Source: Perna viridis
Lineage: Eukaryota
Length of the DNA: 64,000 nt
Direction: 5' to 3'
NCBI GenBank assembly: GCA_037379345.1
Contig: CM074511.1
Location: 55,558,862 to 55,622,861, forward strand
How positions within the stretch are numbered: position 1 is the stretch's first letter; each line of letters starts with the position of its first letter. Below are positions 14,901-28,807 of the stretch, piece by piece. The notes beneath the pieces are model-generated. The model had not been told where the DNA came from. It saw only the letters and a program-made list of their open reading frames with translations, and did no database searches. A program made the translations under genes and the position numbers.

Positions 14901-16583
14901 TTGGAGAAAAGACCCATTTCAGACTAAGCATAACAATGTGTCGTTATTTTAAACAATTTGAGGAAGATAATATATGATTAATATGTGACACGATTTAATT
15001 TTGTTTTTTTTTTTCAGGAAAATGTAAAAATTAAAGAAAAACACTTTTTCTGAGATATACATATCGCTACCAAACGAATCGAACTTTGACCCTTGAATGA
15101 ATTTTATCTTGTAAACTACTTGCGTGCAGAGTATGTAAAACAAATTCGGTATGTTTCCCATGTCACACTGTATCTTGCTGAAATACTCCATAGGTGTGTC
15201 TGGTTGAGGCTCTGGACCAACTTCGATAGCCTCAATATCAAATCTTGTGATCCACCTATAAATAGCTCTGACACGGACCAAATCATCAAACACATCGTCA
15301 CCGGTGAGGTAATGAATCAACTCCCAGAAAGATTGATTCAGTAATGTTTGTGGGGCCTGGAATATGGAACACAACAATTTTAAAAAATTTCCAGATTGTC
15401 CATTCTGGATAGAGAAATATAGTTTTAATAGTGTACTTATACATCTGACAGAGGTATAAGTAACGCGATAAAAAATGGGAAGTATCTCTAAGCGATCTTT
15501 TTGATATTGCACCCACAACTGTTTTCCATCTAGATTTTTTTTGTTATCTTTATTCCATCTTATTGTGATAATTCTGTAATCTTAACATTAATACATTACA
15601 TAAATTGTCTACTTTGCGTTGTGTAATAGACCCTTTGTGATAAGTTGATAAGCATGCTCAATATAAACACTCCCGCGATGTAGGGCAGAATTTTCATCGC
15701 GGAAATGTATATTGAGCATGATCTACGCATGCTTATCTACTATCCCACAGTTAGCACATAAGGGTCTATTCTGACTCTAAAAACTAGAAATAGGGTTTCT
15801 CTGGTTCTCAGGTCAGAGTATTTTGCCCTAGATGGCGTCTTGGGTAAACTAAGAAGTACAACATTTTTCTTACCGTTAAGGCTAGCTCATCTACCACTTC
15901 GAAATCGATTCCACTGAGGAAATCTTTTTTTGATATTTTCTGAGGTACTGGCTCCGGAATCTCTCCTTTCTTCACTGATTTCTTCCATTGTCCAACGTTG
16001 TTATCGTTTGTCTGTAAAGTTTCAATGTATCGCGACATGTAGAATTCTATTACGCTGTTCAATCATTTTTGAAATACGTATTCTACTTTTATAGTTTATT
16101 GTTCCCTTATTGCTTAAATGATTTAACCAATATACCTTTTATTAGAGTACATGAATCATTTGGTGATTATGAACATATATGAATAATTGTGCTAAACTAT
16201 TGTGCCCTCTTAAATTGTTTTTATTACTTATTTCCTTATACCTGTTGTACAACGTATCATTTATACTAATATTTGCATAACATATTATTTAAAAGACATA
16301 TTCCAATTTATATTTCCTGACAAATTTGTTTATTGTATTAACAGTGCAGGTATTTGAATAGCCTTGCACATTCATTAAAATACATTTTTATATGTTATAA
16401 ATATCGAAGGGGCAATGTTTGATTTTTGATTGAACTAAATCTAATAAAAATATTAAATTCTATCATTTTAACTCACAATCGAACATGCTTGATTAGGAAA
16501 AGGGCATATCTTTTTTTTTTTTATAAAATGCTGCTTTTCTGGATATTTTGCAGAATTAGAATGGCATCCCGGGCATGAATTTA

Positions 16584-16623
<40 letters not shown>

Positions 16624-17009
16624 AACGTTTTGACGTTCAAATCCTTTGAAAAATTGACAGTTTTTGGGATAATGCTTATTATATTAATATGCGACTTGAT
16701 ATATAGAACTTGCACACAATTTTAAAACTGTTTACCAAGCGGATTTTGTTTTATTGTTTAACCAAGCAAATGTTCTTAGTTTTTTTTTTTACACTTGAGT
16801 GTGCAAATATATAACAATGCATGTCATTGTTAAACTGTTTATACCTTGTTGACATAGCTAGTTAGTGATGTACCATCGTCCCTATCCTTCTGTACGTTCT
16901 GTTTGCCTTTCTTTGTCTTGTTTTTATCTTTCTTTGAAGTTTCTTTTGGGGCGTATCCTCCAATTATACCATGGTGGTTCGTTGATCCCCTGGCTGCCAT
17001 TGTTGGCAT
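8966..17009 (-). CDS. Paralog B: KY/hillarin-like TGc pseudo-enzyme + 4 Ig-like repeats + dynein-MTBD-like domain + long charged tail (~1268 aa)
   Basis: Exons 17009-16845, 16011-15874, 15356-15124 (GC donor), 14459-12571, 12292-12125, 11154-10874, 10163-9978, 9712-8966; sum 3807 nt, open frame. ATG at 17009 has an in-frame TAA upstream. Same motif set as A, its closest paralog. Confidence 0.9.
9700..10987 (-). other. Dynein MTBD-like domain coding region of paralog B (most diverged copy)
   Basis: TDNRMIGELRQYNTPPVGVHQTVMASLLLLG...WKQCQKIL...MSTFDPKD...YSAKQVHAGSREAASIFLWVEQ. Confidence 0.72.
15625..15770. repeat. Foldback palindrome / MITE-like element in intron 2 of paralog B
   Basis: Nested arms aatagaccctt/aagggtctatt, gataagcatgc/gcatgcttatc, catgctcaatata/tatattgagcatg, ccgcgatg/catcgcgg. 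Confidence 0.75.
16586..16619. repeat. (TA)n microsatellite
   Basis: Direct reading of the sequence. Confidence 0.95.
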
Positions 17010-18764
17010 GCAAATGTAGCAATACGAGTCCCTCCTATTTTAAACTGGAATGAGAAATATATAGGTCATCAGCATGATCTGAGTAATCGCTGCACATGGA
17101 ATGCCAGTTTCAAATATGATGATTTTTTTGTCACAAGAGTTCACTCCTGGTTATAGTCAGGTTCGTTTTTCTCTCTGAGTACTTTTTAGTTTGTTTTTTT
17201 TTGCATGTGTTGTTTTTGCCATGTTCTTTGTTTCTGTTTGATTTTTCCCTCTGAACTGTGTATATTTCCCGTCCATTGAAAGTTCTGTGCTTTATTAAGT
17301 CTTTGAATTTCACGATGTTTTTCACATTTAAAAAAATACAAAAAACATATAAGAGAGCACAGCCCTAGGTTCATTTCGAATCTTTTGTTGTAAGCATTCG
17401 AAGTAAGACTAGATGCTTAATATTCCGAATTTTACAGTATTCCTTGAATATCACTTTGATTGCTGGTTGAAAAAAGGTTGTTTAAGATTTACTGTTATTT
17501 TCAGGTTTCTTGGCTTTTGCTTTATCTGTCCGTAATATTTTTCATTTGTTTTCACTGGTAAAATTAAATGAGTTTGCTCTGTATATGAGCTGATATTGTA
17601 CCACTTTATGCGTAATAAATTCTTTGCATGCACTGGAAAACATCAAGCGCATTATAGCTACTGTGTCGACACGTGTAGTGATACTATTGAGTTTTAAATA
17701 GAAAAAAAGAACGGATATGGTGAACCAGCGAGGAACCTGAATACAAAATAGGAAATACTTTCAGAGATCACCAAAAAGTCTTCAAGAAGTGTAAACACAC
17801 CTTTAAGAAAGCTCTGAAAGGCCCCGACAACAAATGTAATAAAATCCACGGTAATAGACCGATAGCAATTCTTTAAAAAAAAAAATCGAACTAAAAGATA
17901 ATATAATAACACAAAGACACATTAATGGCCAATATCTCCTGACTGTCGACAGGTTCATGAAATGTGCGGTTGGGTAAAACTTATTTTTAAGGCCTTCAGC
18001 ATCCTCCTTTAATGCAAGGTCAAAAATGAACTGAAACAAACACACCATAAAATTCACTCAATGATACATCCAATTATCTCAATGGGATATCTCAACATAC
18101 AACATATAGACAAAATGATATAATCCACTCAAAGAACGCTCGCATTTACTGAAAGGTAGTAGCTCAGAAAATGTTAAAGAATGACAATACCATCAAAACT
18201 ACCAGCATTACACATAATCGGTCACTACAATTCCAGTGGACTGGATTTGGAGTAGTTACGACAAGGACTAAATAGTCCATGGGCTGGGAGGGTCCACCGT
18301 GCAACCCCCCCCCACTCATCAACTTCATGGTGATTTTAGGTACCTTTATACATGTGTACCTCCCATTACCGAATTAATTTGTCACCAAAGAATATTCTCG
18401 GATTCTTTTTCAGTATAAGCCTATATTTGTACCCCACTGGGTCAAAAAGCCAAGACTTTTGCGACTCAATTGTATGAGCGTAAAAAGCCTTGCTGGTGTA
18501 GCACGTGTAAACAAACTAAACAATTTTAGGTATCATCGTATAGCCTAGTGTTTCAGCTTTACAATGAGACCAAGGAAGTTGTAGTAACACTTAGGGTCAT
18601 GGGATAAATGAAAAAAAATGTACGCTTACGCCGCCTGAAAATCGCTTAAAATGACATTTTTCCATGTATTAATGCGTCAGTAAAAATTGCTTATTTTGTA
18701 TTTTCTGTTTAGTATTATCACAATTTATACTTCTTGGGTTCTTTTGAAGAACTTCAACGTGGCT

Positions 18765-19310
18765 GAACAGATTAAAATGAAAATTTGACCGCAGATAGAT
18801 CTCATCATGCTGAGCACTGTTACCCGGATAAGATTGGGCTTAACCATTTTGGAGATATATGCGAAAAACTGTTGTCCGATCCCTATGTTCTATTTTTAGT
18901 AACGGTGGCCATGCTTTTCGACTAATAAAAAATCCCCACATCAGTTCTGTGTATGATACCCCAAGGAACATTCATATTAAGTTTGGTTTCAATTGGTCAA
19001 GTAGTGTCAGAGGAGAAGATTTTTGAAAGAAATAACATAAAAAATAGCAAAAAACGTTGAAAATGGGCAATGACTCCAACATGGCTTAATAGATTAAAAT
19101 GAAAATTTGATCACAGATAGATCTCATCATGCTGAACACTTTTATCTCGTGTCAGAATTTGGCTAAACCTAACCGTTTTGGAGATATATGCGAAAACTAC
19201 TGTTTGACCCCTATGTTCTATTTTTAGTAATGTTTATGGCCATGTTTATCGACGGATCAAAAATCCCCACGTCAGTTCAATGCAGGATACCCCAAGAAAC
19301 ATTCATACCC
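18765..19310 (-). repeat. Inverted internal fragment (about 1.7 units of ~323 bp) of the same Helentron-associated tandem repeat
   Basis: agattaaaatgaaaatttga..cagatagatctcatcatgctga occurs at ~18768 and ~19091; the reverse complement matches 30100-30600. Confidence 0.75.
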
Positions 19311-20458
19311 GACTATGTTTCCTTAAGAAAAAACTGGGTGAGCAATACCATTTTTTATATACGTACCTGCAAGTCTATTTTATTTTTGTACCAAAGTTTC
19401 GTAACGGTAAAAACTTAATATTTTAAGAAGTTTGTGTTATCTATAAGGCCTTCTTATCTGACAAATTTATAATTAATCTGTCTTTTTTTGCCAGTTACGT
19501 TTGCGAATAACACCTATACTATAACACTTGGAGTTTATTTCGTGGATAAAATGATTGAGGTTCCAATTTCGTTTCAGACCATTGCTACTCTGCAACTGTA
19601 TTGCGGTGCTTTAGATAATTTGTGCGATTGTTTCCGTTGACTTATTGGGAAAAGTTCCCAATGCTGTCAAATGATAATTGTTTTTTAATTATTTTTTGTA
19701 TTATAATGCAACTTTGTTCTTTACAATTTATGTTTCACTACAAATGATTTTAACAAATATTACCCTGTATTGAGTTTTTGTCGATATCATTGTCTTACCT
19801 TCATCAAAACATTTTCCACAGCTACATTTTAGCATGATAATAAAGTTTACACGACCCCTTTTGTCCTGTATAATAATAGTTCTGTTCAAGATAAACCTAT
19901 TCCCACAAGAGGATTAAAATTCATTTGGTTTAATACTAAATGTATGGTTGTTAAATTCAGATTTATTACAGCGGGGTGATTATGAAGTGTGTTTCCAATT
20001 AAATTATGTATGTTATTAACCGTTGTAATTATAGATTTAATTCTGGGGAAATCACAACAATTCTTTCAAAATATCTAAAGTATCATTATGAATATTCAAT
20101 TCCAATAGTTGTTTTGTTATAATCTTTCCAAGGTAAGCCTAAAAGATTATAATCTATCAATTTCTCAGAAATTTCATTGTATCACTTAGCTTTTAAAGTA
20201 AAAATATATTATTATGTAATCAAAAGTAAGAATCTTCTAAGATATTAGCTCCTACGTTGTAATAACTTTCCACTTTACGCGCTGCATTTACACTTTATTA
20301 TAATTTTAATTCTGTACTGTGACATAATTTTGATCGATAAGCACTGCGATAAAAAAAACTAGATATCTGATCACATTATTCAAATTTATCTATAAAAAAG
20401 TCACCAAAATTTTTGATATTGTCAAAGTCAAATGAAATTTGTCCCTTGCAATGATCAT

Positions 20459-22529
20459 TCACCAATCGTCATCCGAGTCCCATTCTTCACTCTCAAATAT
20501 TATGGTTCCATTTTTCTCAATAGAATATTCTGGAAGTATTCCCTTCCTTGGCGCTACTCTCTTGGACAGGACAGATTTTCCGGACTGGCATCGTTCTACG
20601 TTTCCTTGTTGGTACTCGATTACGCGAATTATTCCTTTGACCTGAAAAAAAACAACAGTAGTTTTTTTGTTTTGTTTTATGCATAAAACAACCGTTTCCG
20701 TCAAATTCATTGATAACAAATTAACTTATACCAAAAAAAATGACAGCAAGGATTTCGCTGTATTATTATGAGCCATACTCACATCCAAAAAGTAAGTATG
20801 TACATTTCTAGTATTCCAATATAGTTTCTATTAGCTATTTTCTAGATCTCCAAATCCATAGCTTTTGATATAAAAACATACCCAGAGGAAAACAGCAGCA
20901 GCCCCTTTGCTCACGTCACGTATCTGCCAGTATTTGTAAGGCTCTAGAATTTTCTTGGCTGCCTGCATGATCTTATCGTCCACAGTTCTGTGGTCAAACT
21001 GCGCCAATTTTCTTGTTAAACTTTCTTTTCCAGATTTACACAATAAGACCTGACATGCTTGCCAATCCTGTCAGAAAAAGAATTTGATTTTGAGAAATGC
21101 TTTTTCTAATATATTCTAAAACAGACAAAATTTCATCATCTTCAAAGACTTATAAAAGAAATCCGGTTAACCATAGATATGCCTCTTATATTGACTGCCA
21201 TCTCGATTTTGACAAAAGAGAAACAAAACTCTCAACTAAACTCGATGTCAGACATAACTTAATATCCCAAATGTCTTAAAACTGCTAGCAATTACAGCAA
21301 GTAAACCAGATTCTAAAAAAAAGGAGAAACCCAGCGTCTTACGCAACTTAAACCACTAGGACAAGAATACATTCAATATTTTTAGGTTGTCACATGACTT
21401 CACCCTTTTTTTCTGTAAGCGGCGCACTGTTCGTTTTTCTATACATACTTTTTTCTTGTAGGTTTTGTTTTTTTTTGTCATGTGTCTTTTTTGTGTTTCT
21501 TCATACCCGACCCCGTGTGTATATTTGTACTGATACTTCTTCATATTATTAGTAGTAGCTTAACTATCATGTTACCTTGATTTGGTCGAGACCATATCCT
21601 AACAAAAGCAGGGCAGCCACCATAGTTTGGTGAACACCATTCGGTGGGACCTGATACTTCTTAAGCTCGGACAACGATTTCTGATCTATACCAGATCCTG
21701 TCTTTGAATCATTTTCAATTTTGTAAATTCTTCCTAAAAGTCTAGTTGCTATAATGATTTTAGAATGAAGGGTCCTAGAAAATCCAGCTTGTTTTGCGCG
21801 TTCAACGGCATCCTCCAACATGCCTCCTGTTTTTGATTGACAAGCTCTGTCTAAATCTACAATAATTGGAAATATTACAAACTCAAGCTTGATTGATGAC
21901 GATTTTAGCAGGACCAACACCAAATACAAGAAACCAAGAGACAAAGAAAAAGGCGATGGAAACAAAAGAAAATGTAAATAGAAAACACCATTAAAAACTA
22001 TATAAAAAACTGCGAACAATGCTTACTAAAATTGATACCCCCAATCCCAAATTGATAACATGTACCTTTTGACCTCCAAATCGATAAGGAGAAAAATCTA
22101 AAATAGAAGGTACACAATGATTATATCTAATAAAAATTCTGTATACGTTTCATTAAATTCTACTCAGCGATGCAGGAGAAGTGAAAGATAATACATGGGT
22201 CCCATGTTCCCATATACATAAATGACAATGTCCATGTTTTGCTATGTGAAACCTCAAAATTGAATCGGAATTAAATTGCACAATTGGATTAAGTAATTAA
22301 GATTCTGTGAAATTGTTAATCAATTCCATTCTGCGGTGTATGAGGAGTAACGGATAAGAGATGGGCCTTCTGTGTAGCGAGAGGAAGGAAGGGAGGTCAC
22401 CCCTATCACTATATCATCCCATTTTGCAAGTTGGGGTATAAAGTTATTAGCAATTCGAATAAGACCTTAATTAAAAGTAAGCATGGTTTGAATCCAAGAA
22501 CTTACCCATCAAGTTGCTACTGCTTGCAG

Positions 22530-22561
<32 letters not shown>

Positions 22562-25500
22562 ATATTTTTAGTTATTTAAAAGTAATGTTAAACAATTTCT
22601 ACAGAAGATTTCCATCTTTATGTTATATAGCTTTTTTTTTTTTTTTTTTTTAGAAAAACCGGATATTCATAAAAAACTTACATTTCTGAGCTTGAAGAAA
22701 CTTGATCATTTTATTTGCTTCTAATGCGAGAGTATCTTCCCTCGTTAGATTTCTTGGGACAGAGGCAGCTCCATATACTTTCATATATCGTAATAACTTG
22801 TTCAGGTCTTTCTGGCTAATCGCCTTTTTAATATTCTTCTTTATAGTAGTTTTTGTTTCTACAACAAAATATTTTTGTCCTATATAATCGATCGTGCGAT
22901 GCAAAAAAATATCCTCCTGCTTTGTTAATCAGATAAAAGAAATTATACCTAAATATTTCTGTTGTAAAATGATGCTAAATGTTCAGTATTTGGTATTATT
23001 TATATGCATAACTTAGACAAAGCGTAAGACTTCCTTCCATTCCAATACAGAAAAAATCCAGTTTCCTTTTTTTAATTTGATATAATTCGCGTCAGATATC
23101 TTGGTAACGCGTTTATTTGTGTATAGATTAACTAATCTTCTACGAAATACTTCATTTCGATTCATTTGACTACAATAGCCTTTTTTTTTTTATAGTAAAT
23201 GCTTACCTTTTTTGTTTATTTGAACATACAGTGTAGAATGTATCAGTCCGGAGTATTTGAAGCCAGGTAACAGTAACGAAGGTGCCTGAATATACCTTAT
23301 TGATCACATAACGATTCTCTTTTATACCATGTTTCGATTTTTATGAATTGTGTCTTGTTTTTTTATAAGAAAGTTTGTTTTATTTTTACTATTTGCTCCA
23401 TAAAAACAAACAAAAAAAAAACTGAATAGTCAGAAATGTCAACAACAATATTTGACATACTAATGAATATAACTAGTTCTTTGTCGTTCACAAAAAGCAG
23501 TCGGATTGATTGTTATATATAATGCCCGAAGCACTTGTTTATTATGACCGCGATTTACATTTACAACAAGCAGTGTTTTTCCCTTCAGAAAAAAAGGCTG
23601 AATTCAATAAACTCTTATGGCCCTCAACTCTAAAAGGTTAAATAATGAACCTTTACCTTTGAATCTTACTTTACTCGCCTTTGTTACAGGGCGACTGAAG
23701 TAATCTGCCTCTTCCTCGTCAAATAGACCACCTAGGTCCATATCATCCCAGCTATCATGATCAATTTCAGGATTAAATTTTCTTACTATATAATATCTGG
23801 CTAAAGTTTTTAAGCCTTCTTCAGAATCTGACTTAAATATGTCAAGTGTAAACTCCCCAGGAAATTTCAAATGCACTTCCAGTTCGTTTTCTTTTTTCAC
23901 CACTCTTGTGACTCTATGAAGTTGATCCTCTGGAATTGTGCTGCTCTGTAGAGAAGAAGATATATACCTGACATCTGTCAAAGCTGGAAGAACAACCAAC
24001 GGTTCTTGAGTCACAATCGTTTCATGTTTTATTGACGTATGTTTGCTATCGTTCGTTTCTTTTAGCATATCTGGAAAAGGATGTCCCGATGAATTGATCA
24101 AACCGCTGTAAATTGGCTTTGTTTTGTTGTCAGCATTTCTACCCATTAAATTGAAAGAATACAGTCCTTTAATTGGCATATCCAGCTCAAAAATCCAATT
24201 TCCGTCATCGTCGGTATAGTTTTCGCATGTCATAACCTTTGAAGCTTCATCGTCTGTACTGCAAAGCTCTGGATATAAACGCACGTCCGGTTTTGCTTCA
24301 AACTTTAGCTTTACTATTCCGCCTTCAGCTATAACTTGACCACTCGACATTTCTGTTGCAGACACAAATCCGTCACTATTCTTTTTACTAGACCCACTTT
24401 CGTTGTTAATGTCTTGTCTTTTGTTATTGTTATCATTGGCATATTGATAGCCCATTGTAGACGTCTCAACAACATCGTTTCCTCCAGTTTGGTCTTCACC
24501 ATTTACTCCGTTGCCTGCATAAGTGTCTTTTATTCGCGAACTAGCGTTTGTATTTGTTTTATTTGTCCCTTTCTTGTCCCTTTTTTTGGCAGTCGCAGAA
24601 CGTGCTGTAGAAGAATCATTTTCATCAGCAGTTGATATTCCTCGAAGATCTTTATCGTTCATTCCCGGAATCGTAACACCGATTTCCTCTGCACTGTTCT
24701 GAATCCCGAGGTGATCTCCCATTATGGCTGGTAAAGGCTGTACTTCTATGTCTTGATTGTTTCCTTTAATCAAGAATGTCAAAAGATTTGTGAGTACGCT
24801 GTCTTCAGGCTCATTTAAAAGTTTTACAAACACCTTCAGTGCAAATTCTCCGTCAAATGGCACCTTTGTATGAATCAAATATTTTCCTTTCTCAAATCGA
24901 CCAGTCGAGAATCGGCTTAGTTCAGCGTCACTCATTGTTTTACATTTCATTCGATGATTTACTGTTCGTAATTTATTCATTGCTATCGAGATATCAACTT
25001 CTCCTTTGATGGCTTCAATTATAGACACCTTCGGCGAAGGTATGACTCCGGATTTTAAAGCATACGCATTTGGACCCCAACCTAACTGCGGACAGTCAGG
25101 AAACTCTGTAACGTTTATTTCCTCTTCTCTAGCACATTTAATGCCGTATGTGCACAATAGATGGTACAGTTTATCAGAAACTGTGTCTTTGCCGTATATA
25201 TCTAAACGATAGGTACCCGGGAACGGTACCCGTACCGTGTAGCTCAGCTTATTACTTGAGTGTTCAAACATTACAAAGTGTCTGAGACTTTTTCCTTCTG
25301 AATTGTGTTCAGATTTTATCAGCACTAAATTGTGGGCGTATCTAAAGTCATGACTTCTACTCTCAGGGAGATCAAAGCCAAGTTGAATTTTATCAGCTTT
25401 AGTTTTGAACAGACACTTATCTGAATTGTTTTTTGCATTCATTTTCATTCCCATCAGATGGAAGTGCTCTCGGATATAAGGAGCGTTTTGCCATTGTTTG

Positions 25501-26812
25501 ACAGACCATGGCTTATCTAGTAACTGCCACTCAGGATCGTCAGGAAAATGGGTAAGAATCAATTCATCTGGATCTGCAAGGAAGAAAAATTCGTTGATCG
25601 GTCTTGCAGGTTTTCCCTGGCCAGCTCTCTTTATCTTTCCTTTTGCATCTACAGAAATTTTGTCGTCGTAGCATCCTTCTTCTATACAGGAGTAAGCCCA
25701 GTATGGATCAACCAATCGCCACTGACCTTTAACGTATACTGCATTCCATCTAGAATCCAGTAGTTCACGGTCAGGGTCGTCTCCTATGACGTATAACATG
25801 TTCTTTGTCATACCATTGATGATAACACACGGAATATCGGCAATCCTGTCGTAAAATGGTGAAAGGTTTATTTCAGAATTTTGTATTTTATGTTCATGTA
25901 TAAGTGTTATATATGAAGAGATATCCCATTTTCGAAACAGAGTTTAGAAATTGTTAGGATAATTAAACTTGAAATATGTGTAAAACGATAAAAATCTCGC
26001 TATGATATTTGACTGTAAAATTTATGTTGCCTTGATTTTTTTTTATTGTTTTTTGACAAACTGTTAAATTACTTACTGGCATAACGCATAGAATAAATGA
26101 CAATGGTCACCGAAATCCTGCTGAATATTCATGAGATAATCGATTGGAGAGTTTTCTGGGGGAAGCATTTCCATTTCAATACATTCAGTATCAAATGACG
26201 TCATCCATCGAAAAATAGCTCGTACACGCAGGACATCATCGATGTACTCAAACGACTTTTTTACAATGATGTGCTCGACTATATCCCAGAATGTCTCCAT
26301 CAACAAGTCTGTTGAGACCTATAATTCGAAACCAATGACAAAGACGTATCACAGCATGCTGACATACAGATTCAAATATTTATCGAATTTCATTTGAAAC
26401 AGACGTGACACAATTAACAATGAATTGACGTAAAGTAATTGCTGTATTTCAATGGATGTTGAAATCTTTTTAAAACTCACATTTTTGAAAATAAAAAACC
26501 ACACAAGTGATATCAAGCTTAAGTTCTATCTCTTTTTACAATGCCAGCTGGTCTCCTTGCAATCTAATTAACATACGATCTATGAGTTTGATTGGTCAAA
26601 TTTTAATTAGATTGGTCTCCTTGATATTTTATTTATTTAACAAATGCACAATTGATACAAACATATACTTTACTTACACTTAAAGCTTTTTCGTCTATTT
26701 TTGTGAAGTTAACATTCCGTACAAGTTCAGTCTTGGTAGTTTTGGATGGTTTTGGTGCTGGAACGTCTGCTGTACCAAAGGTTCCTTTGTCGTGGTGGAA
26801 GACATCTCCAAG
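20459..26812 (-). CDS. Paralog C: KY/hillarin-like TGc pseudo-enzyme + Ig-like repeats + dynein-MTBD-like domain; first coding exon not resolved
   Basis: Exons 26812-26678, 26318-26077, 25845-23657 (or 25845-23670 plus 23285-23207), 22858-22682, 21856-21576, 21067-20882, 20641-20459. Motifs RAIFRWMTS, LCQIADIPC, RWNAVY..WRLVDPYW, EFFFLADP..HFP..WQLL, PDCPQLGWGP. The 281 and 186 nt exons match B, D and E in size. Confidence 0.87.
20630..21689 (-). other. Dynein MTBD-like domain coding region of paralog C
   Basis: IDQKSLSELKKYQVPPNGVHQTMVAALLLLG...WQACQVLL...LAQFDHRTV...YKYWQIRDVSKGAAAVFLWVKG. Confidence 0.75.
22530..22558. repeat. (TA)n microsatellite
   Basis: Direct reading of the sequence. 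Confidence 0.95.
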
Positions 26813-28344
26813 CTATTTGTTATAAAACGTCAGGAGAAATAATATTATCAATTTCTTCTCCACAGAATGATTGATGCAAAATCATACCAGAGTTAACAAT
26901 GGATATGCGTCAGATGTTTTGACATTTAAATTATGTTCTTGTTTCATCTACCATGTTTTTGTAGTATAGGGTGTTTTGGTAATGCTGAGGGAAAAACAGT
27001 ATTCAACGGTTGCTTAAAAGTTCGTCTTGTTATATGGCTAACTTCGGCCTTCATCTTCTCAATAGTCCCCTTAGGAAATGTAGAATTCACCTTACTGGAT
27101 TAGCATATGGTGGTGTTCACGCACGGATGTGTATTTGTACGCCAATAGTTGAATGGTAATTCATTTTTATTAATGTTTTGATTTGGTGTTTACATAAATA
27201 ATTTTTTTCTTGCATTATTATTTTTGATTACATTATGGTGGAATTTTAATAACTTATGGGCCTTCATTTCTCTTTTAATCCTTCACAACATACGACTGCA
27301 TATTAGTTTCATTTTACACCATGAATTTGATTTGAAGTTTAATTTATTATATCGATATTTAAAAAAAGGTTCTTACGCAATTATTACGTTGCCAGAGCAA
27401 TATTGACCAAAAATGAAGAGCAAAGCTTTAAGTTTGATCATGACTAATATTTCTAGTAGATAATTTTTCCTAGTGTTTCTGGAAGAAGACATTACATAAA
27501 CATTCTTTAGACTTTTATGAAAATTAATGTTTATTAATGCACAAAAATCATTAGTCAAAGATACTTGATCCTTTATAAAGGCAATTTTTATGTGTATTCT
27601 GTGGGTAGTTTCACTATTTTACAAACTAAAATAAAACGGGTTGATAGAATTTCTTCTACTTATACAAACAGCACTTAACTGACATTCTACCATATTTAAA
27701 AAAGAATATTGGGTCACCGATTTTTCTTGTAATAACAAAAAAACTAAAATCCTCATTACTTTTCTTTAAAACATTTCCCCGCCAATTTTCACCCCTTAAA
27801 AAGGGCTTAATGCAATTAATGTTTTTAATTTTACCATAATTTCTTTATGTCAGAACTATTTAAAAATAATCAAATCAATCAAGCATACTGTTTTACATCA
27901 TTCTAAGCATCATGTCTATGATTTTGTATGATGACAGAAAAGAATGCTTAGGGTAATAGGAGGATAGTTATGATCTACCTTAAGAATTCATCTTTCGTCA
28001 CTTTGATAAAACTCACTGCTATGACAAGTAGGTTCCATCTGTCGAAATTGTTTTTGATCAACTTCTTCCAAAGACAGGAAATCGTCAAAGCCGTTTAAGG
28101 AAAAATACTTACAACTAAAATATGTCTGTCAGTGACAAATTTCTACCCAAGTTTTTGTTTGGTCCATTGAATACTTATCATACCGAAACATAACAGATGA
28201 AAAAACAAAAATAAAACGGTTTGATTAGTACACCAAAAAATGCAAATGATACCATTCATTTAGATCACTCAGGTCTGTGTTTTTATCAAACTGTTAGCTT
28301 ATGATGATCTTTGTTCCACGAAGAAGTAAATTTCAAAAGCATTG

Positions 28345-28379
28345 GCAAACATCAGCAAACATCAGCAAACATCAGCAAA
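28345..28379 (+). repeat. (GCAAACATCA)x3.5 minisatellite
   Basis: Direct reading of the sequence. Confidence 0.9.
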
Positions 28380-28596
28380 TTTGTCCAGTTCCATTTAACT
28401 GGCCATGTCCATCAAAATAAAATGAACTGTGACCATTGAATCACCCCGTCGTTGAAAAATATACAATCAGACCGTATATAATTATTATGTGGCTGTAAAC
28501 TTACACCACGTTTTTATTCAAAAAGGAAAGAATGCAAAGGCGCTACATGATATATTTTATTCGGTTATCCGAATTATAATACCTCCATTAGCTTAA

Positions 28597-28807
28597 GGAG
28601 GTAGACCATAGGTGAGGGACACAACTCTTACAAATCATTGAACGTTTGTATTCAGCATTTCACATCAATCTCATGTAAGCATTGAAGTAACTTGGATTGA
28701 TTTCATACTGTGTCAAATGAAAACTTGCTAGATTTTGGTGAAATTGAATGTAATGTAAACATATTAATGATTTCAAGAGTTATGACCCTTAACCTAGGTC
28801 TACCTCC
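28597..28807. mobile_element. 211 bp MITE with terminal inverted repeats and TTAA target-site duplication (Kolobok-like termini)
   Basis: TTAA(28593-28596)|ggaggtagaccataggtgaggg ... cccttaacctaggtctacctcc|TTAA(28808-28811). Confidence 0.8.

Noticed and set aside
22020-22445. Additional degenerate Helentron-like remnants (also ~6330-6440 and ~41600-41850)
   Set aside because: Only fragmentary motif resemblance; boundaries cannot be supported.
27975-28040. Candidate first coding exon of paralog C
   Set aside because: The ATG frame hits a stop or gives the wrong phase for the 26812 acceptor; left unresolved.
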